Position numbers and translations under genes: made by a program
Origin: Centroscyllium fabricii
Lineage: Eukaryota
Direction of reading: 5' to 3'
NCBI GenBank assembly: GCA_051313645.2
Contig: JBNRSN020000029.1
Span: 22,506,001-22,570,000, forward strand
Length of the DNA stretch: 64,000 nt
Notes under the pieces: model-generated
What the model saw: the letters and a program-made list of their open reading frames with translations, nothing else
What the model was told of the DNA's origin: nothing
Databases searched by the model: none
Part shown: piece after piece, positions 59,673 through 64,000 of the stretch
Layout: each line of letters opens with the position of its first letter
Numbering within the stretch: the first letter of the stretch is position 1

Positions 59673-62600
59673 AAACCGAATAAAAGGCTTTTGATGTCTG
59701 CAACGCTTGGTGCCTCATTTATAATACACCCTTTAAGACAGCATTCCTTTACTTACAACTGGTGTTCTAAACAAAGGAACAGGAGGAGGCCATTCAGCCC
59801 CTTGAGCCTGTTCGCCATTCACTTAATTTATGTCTGAGCTGTGTCTTAACTCCGTCCATCTGCTTTGGCTCCACATCATTTGAACGCACGTCTATCAAAA
59901 GCCTCCCGATCTCTGATGTATGTTATTAGTTGAGGTGACATATGCTGCTATTTTTGGGAGAGAGTACCACACTGCTACCAATCTTCGCGTGAAAAAATAC
60001 TTCTTCACTTATTTGCCGAATGGCCTGCCTCTGATTTTATGATTATGTCCCTTTGTCCTAGACTCCGCCACCAACGGCGAAAAAAGGGTTATCTGTATCT
60101 ACCTTATCAATTCCTTTCAAAATCTTAAAACCCTCAATCAAATCCCCACAACCTTCTATATTCCAGGAGGTACAAAGCCAGTTTATGTTATCTCTCCTCA
60201 TAGTTTAACCATTGGAGCGCTGGAAACGTTCTGTTGAATGCGCTTCACTCCCTCGAAGGTGAATCTATCCTTTCTAATGGGCGTTGCCCAGAGCTGTACA
60301 AGAATTCCAGATGTGGTCTTACCAGGTCTCAGTGTAGTTGTAGAATAACGTCCTCTCCTTGAAATTGCAGCCCTCGTTGTTAGGCCTAACATGCTATGAG
60401 GTCTTTTGCTTATTTTCGTGGTCTGTGCACATGGGCCCGAAATCACTTTGGAGTTCCACTGTTCCGAGCTGTGCTCCATGTAATTAATACTCGGATCTAC
60501 CGTTTTGGTCTAAAATGAATGACGACATAATTACCTGTGTTGCCATCCATCAGCCAATGTTCCATCCATTCACTTAATCTATCAATATATCTTTGTAATT
60601 ATATGCTGCTGTTTAAACGACTTACCGTACAACCAGCCTTTGCATCACCGGCAAACTTGGATATATGGCTCTCTATTGTGTTTTCTAAGTCATTAATGAC
60701 TATAGAAGGAACCATTTATTTAATATCAATATTTATAAACGGGCCATGCTGGGACAACCTGACAGGGTCTGTGGGGAGAGGAAGTTGGAGTTAAGGTTTC
60801 AGCTCGATGGGCATCTGTTCCTCCAAATAAACATCACGCAAGTGTTAGTGTTTAAATAGTAAAAAAGAGAACTCGCACTCCAATAGCACCTTTCACGACC
60901 TTGGGGCGTTCCAATTGCCCACCAATGCTCAGGTTGAGTCACGACAGTACCACTAGGTTCCTGTCATCATTAGAGCCTTGATCGTAGCATGGACAAAGGA
61001 GCTGAATTCTAAAGTCGAGGTGAGAGAGATTGCTCTTAGAATCAAAACAGCATTAGACCAGGTGTTGCATCAAGGATCCCGAGTAAATTTGACATCAATG
61101 GAATCTGTGGGGGGACGGGTGGGGACATTCCACTGCTGGAGACATACCTAACAAAAAGAAAGATGATTGTGTTTCTTGGAGGCCGACCCTGTCATCACCT
61201 AGACATCACTGCAGGAGTTAATCTTCACCTGCTTCATCAATGACCTTCCCTCTATCATAAGGCCAGAAGTGGGGATGTTCAGCAATGATTGCAAAGTGTT
61301 CAGTTCTATTCTCATCTCATCAGATAATGAAGCAATCCTGGCCTGCATGCAGCAAGACCTGGACAAAATTCTGGCTTGGGCTGATACGTGGAAAGTAACA
61401 ATCGCGCTACACAAGTGCCAAAGTTTCTTCCACAGCACTTCCAAAAACCGCGATCTGTCCCTCCTAGAAAGACAAGAGCAGTTAGCGCATGGGAAGACCG
61501 CCACCTGCAAGTTCCCCTCCAAGGCCTGCACAATCCTGACCTGGAAATACATCGTTGTTCCTTCATTGTCGCCGGGTCAAAATTCGGGAATTCCTTCCCG
61601 AAGAACACTGTGGGTAACTTCGCCTCACGGACTGCAGTGGTTCAAAAAGGCGCTCATTACCTCCTTCTCAAGGGCAGTTGGAGATGTGCAACAGATGCTG
61701 GTATTTCCAGCGACACCTCATCAAGTAAATGGCGGATTTAAAAAAAATTGCTTTACAGAAAATTATGGTTTTTTGAAGCGTAATCACTGCTTGTAATGTA
61801 GGAAAAAGCGTCAGTCAAATTCTACACAGCAAGATCCCACTGGTGATTTTGGCTGTCCGACACAGAAATTCCCAGGACTCCTCGGCGAACTTTCTACCTC
61901 TTAGAATCATAGATACCTTAGAAATTTGCCGCACAGAAGGAGGGCCATCGGCTCTGGTCGAAGGACCTATCCAGCCTAATCACACTTCCCAGCTATTGGT
62001 CCGTAGCCTTGCAGTCTACGAGACATGAAGTGCACATCCAAGTACCTTTCAAATATGGTGAGTGTTTCTGCCTCTACCATCATTTCAGGTAGTGAGTTAC
62101 AGACCCCACCACCCTTTGGGTGAAAACCAGTTCTCCTCATCTCCCCTCTAATCCTTCCACCAATCACATTTTATATCTCTGCCTCCTTGTTATTTACCTC
62201 TCTGATAACTGAAATAGGTGCTTCCTATCCACTCTCGCTCGGCCCCTCATAATTTTAGACACCTCAGTTAAGTCTCCCCTCCGCCTCCGCTGCTCCAAAA
62301 AAATAATTCCAGCCTTTCCAATCTTTCCTCAGAGTCAAACCTCTCCAGTTCTGGCAACAACCAAAGGACAACAGAGGACTCAGATTGAATGTCATTGGCA
62401 AATGAACCAGAGGGGAGATGAGGATATGTTTTATTACATTGCGAGTTGTTATAATCTGTAATGCTCTGCCTGAAATGGTGGTGGAATCAGATTCAATGGT
62501 AACTTTCAAAAGGTGATTTAGATTAATACGTGAATTGGAACATTTTGCTGGGGTATGGGGAATTAGCTGGGAATAATTGGATTCCTCTTTCAAGAGCACG

Positions 62601-64000
62601 ACGGAGCAATACGCCTCCTTCTGTGATGTATGATTCTATGATTCTTTGAAAGGTTTTATGAAAGGATTTATGGAAATTGGGCTGTTATTTTCCGGCTCCA
62701 CTACCTCAGTTTAATTCTGTGCACAAGCGACTTTTCTGTTTGAACCTCATTGAAATGATTCGAGGTTCGGTCCCAATGAAGGTCAAGTTAATCGCTGACG
62801 TATGGCGTGGTGGCCAAGTGGTAAATCGTCGGTCTCGTAAACCGAAGACCATGGGTTCGACCCCAATCTACGCCTGAGGATGTTATATTACATTTAATTT
62901 GAAGTTTTTAAGGTTTCTCCTTTTTATCTCTATCAAAACCATTCATCATTTTGAATTTTTTTATCAACTCTCCTCTTGACATTCTCGGAGCTCAGGAGAA
63001 AACTCGCAGCTTCTCCAGTCTTTTCATATAAATGACGGCGCCCATCCCGGGTATCATTCAAGTAACTTTATTCTGCCCTCTGTCCAAGGGTTTGGCTTGT
63101 TTTCCAAAGAATGGTGCCCTTAATTGAACGCAATGCTCCAACTGAGGCCTCAACACTGCTTTATAAATGTTTAGCATAATTTCATTGGTGTTAGACTCTA
63201 TTAACCTCTTAATAAAAGAAAGGATCCCCAATCCCTTTTCAAAAATTTCTCAAATTGTCTTCCCACCTTCATAGTTTTGTGTGTGCGCACACCCCATGTG
63301 TCACTCTTCCTTCACCCTCCTTCAAATTGTGCCATTTAGAGCTAGTTAATAAATTGCAGGGGAGATCATTCTGAGCGGTTTCGTGCCAGTGATCTGCAGA
63401 GAGAGCTGGTTAAAGGAAATAATCGGCCCAAAGAAGTTCTACAATTTAGTTTACATTGTCGCTCCTCATTCCTCCGACCAAAATATATCACTTTGTACTT
63501 CTTTACGTTAACTTTCATCTGCCATGTGTGTGCCCATTTCACCAGTTTGTTTCTGTTCATACTCCCCCTTTTGTAGCTCTTACTATCTGCTTCGCGACCC
63601 ATTGCTGTTCTTTGAAACTTTCCCATTCACCAGGATCACTGCAATGTTTTGCAATTGTGTTTGATTTTTCATTAATTTTAATGCGGTCTCTTACCTCTTT
63701 AGCCGTCCATGCCTGTTTTACGGCCAGTAGAGTTCTTGCCCCTCAGATGTTTAAACAGATTATGTTTCATCTTAAATTGCTTTAGAGCATCTCCCATCTT
63801 CTGTCCTTTTACCTATGAACAGATTTGTTCAGTTTACTGTGGACAGGCTCTGTCCTGTTAAAGACGGACTTACTGAAACCTAGAAGCTTGGTAGCTGTTT
63901 CGCATTTCTCCCTTCCAAACAGTGCGTTGAACTCGATCATGTTATGCTCTCTATTAAATAGATCTCGTTGTTTACTAAGACTGATGACAAATCTGGCTCT
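59673..64000. repeat. Large tandem tDNA unit C (partial, runs off the window)
   Basis: Colinear with 1-4630 and 25826-32940; lacks the 430-739 and 29029-31814 insertions. Confidence 0.95.
62804..62875 (+). pseudogene. tRNA-Thr(CGT), D-stem and T-stem mismatches
   Basis: GGCGTGGTGGCCAAGTGGTAAATCGTCGGTCTCGTAAACCGAAGACCATGGGTTCGACCCCAATCTACGCCT. Confidence 0.9.

Overview
Non-coding eukaryotic DNA, most likely from a cartilaginous fish (inferred from HE1/V-SINE-like, SacSINE1/DeuSINE-like, CR1, Penelope and Rex1 repeats). No host protein-coding gene is supported; the long ORFs are retroelement fragments or low-complexity reads. The window is a tandem array of large tRNA-gene-bearing units: A 1-25825, B 25826-59672 and the start of C from 59673. 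Each complete unit holds Thr-CGT, Arg-TCT, Leu-TAA genes or pseudogenes and an inner array of a ~1.5 kb module: Ser-GCT(-), Arg-TCG(-), Pro(+), DeuSINE. Most copies are decayed; Thr-CGT (3469) and Arg-TCG (17798) fold intact. Main observation: the Arg-TCG and Pro genes match the intronless mammalian genes in their exons but carry 16-20 nt introns at the canonical 37/38 site, mostly keeping the anticodon-intron pair used by the tRNA splicing endonuclease. The Pro copies carry TGG, CGG, AGG and TAG anticodons. Comparing units exposes copy-specific insertions, deletions and crossovers. All calls are by eye; transposon boundaries without a target-site duplication (TSD) are approximate.
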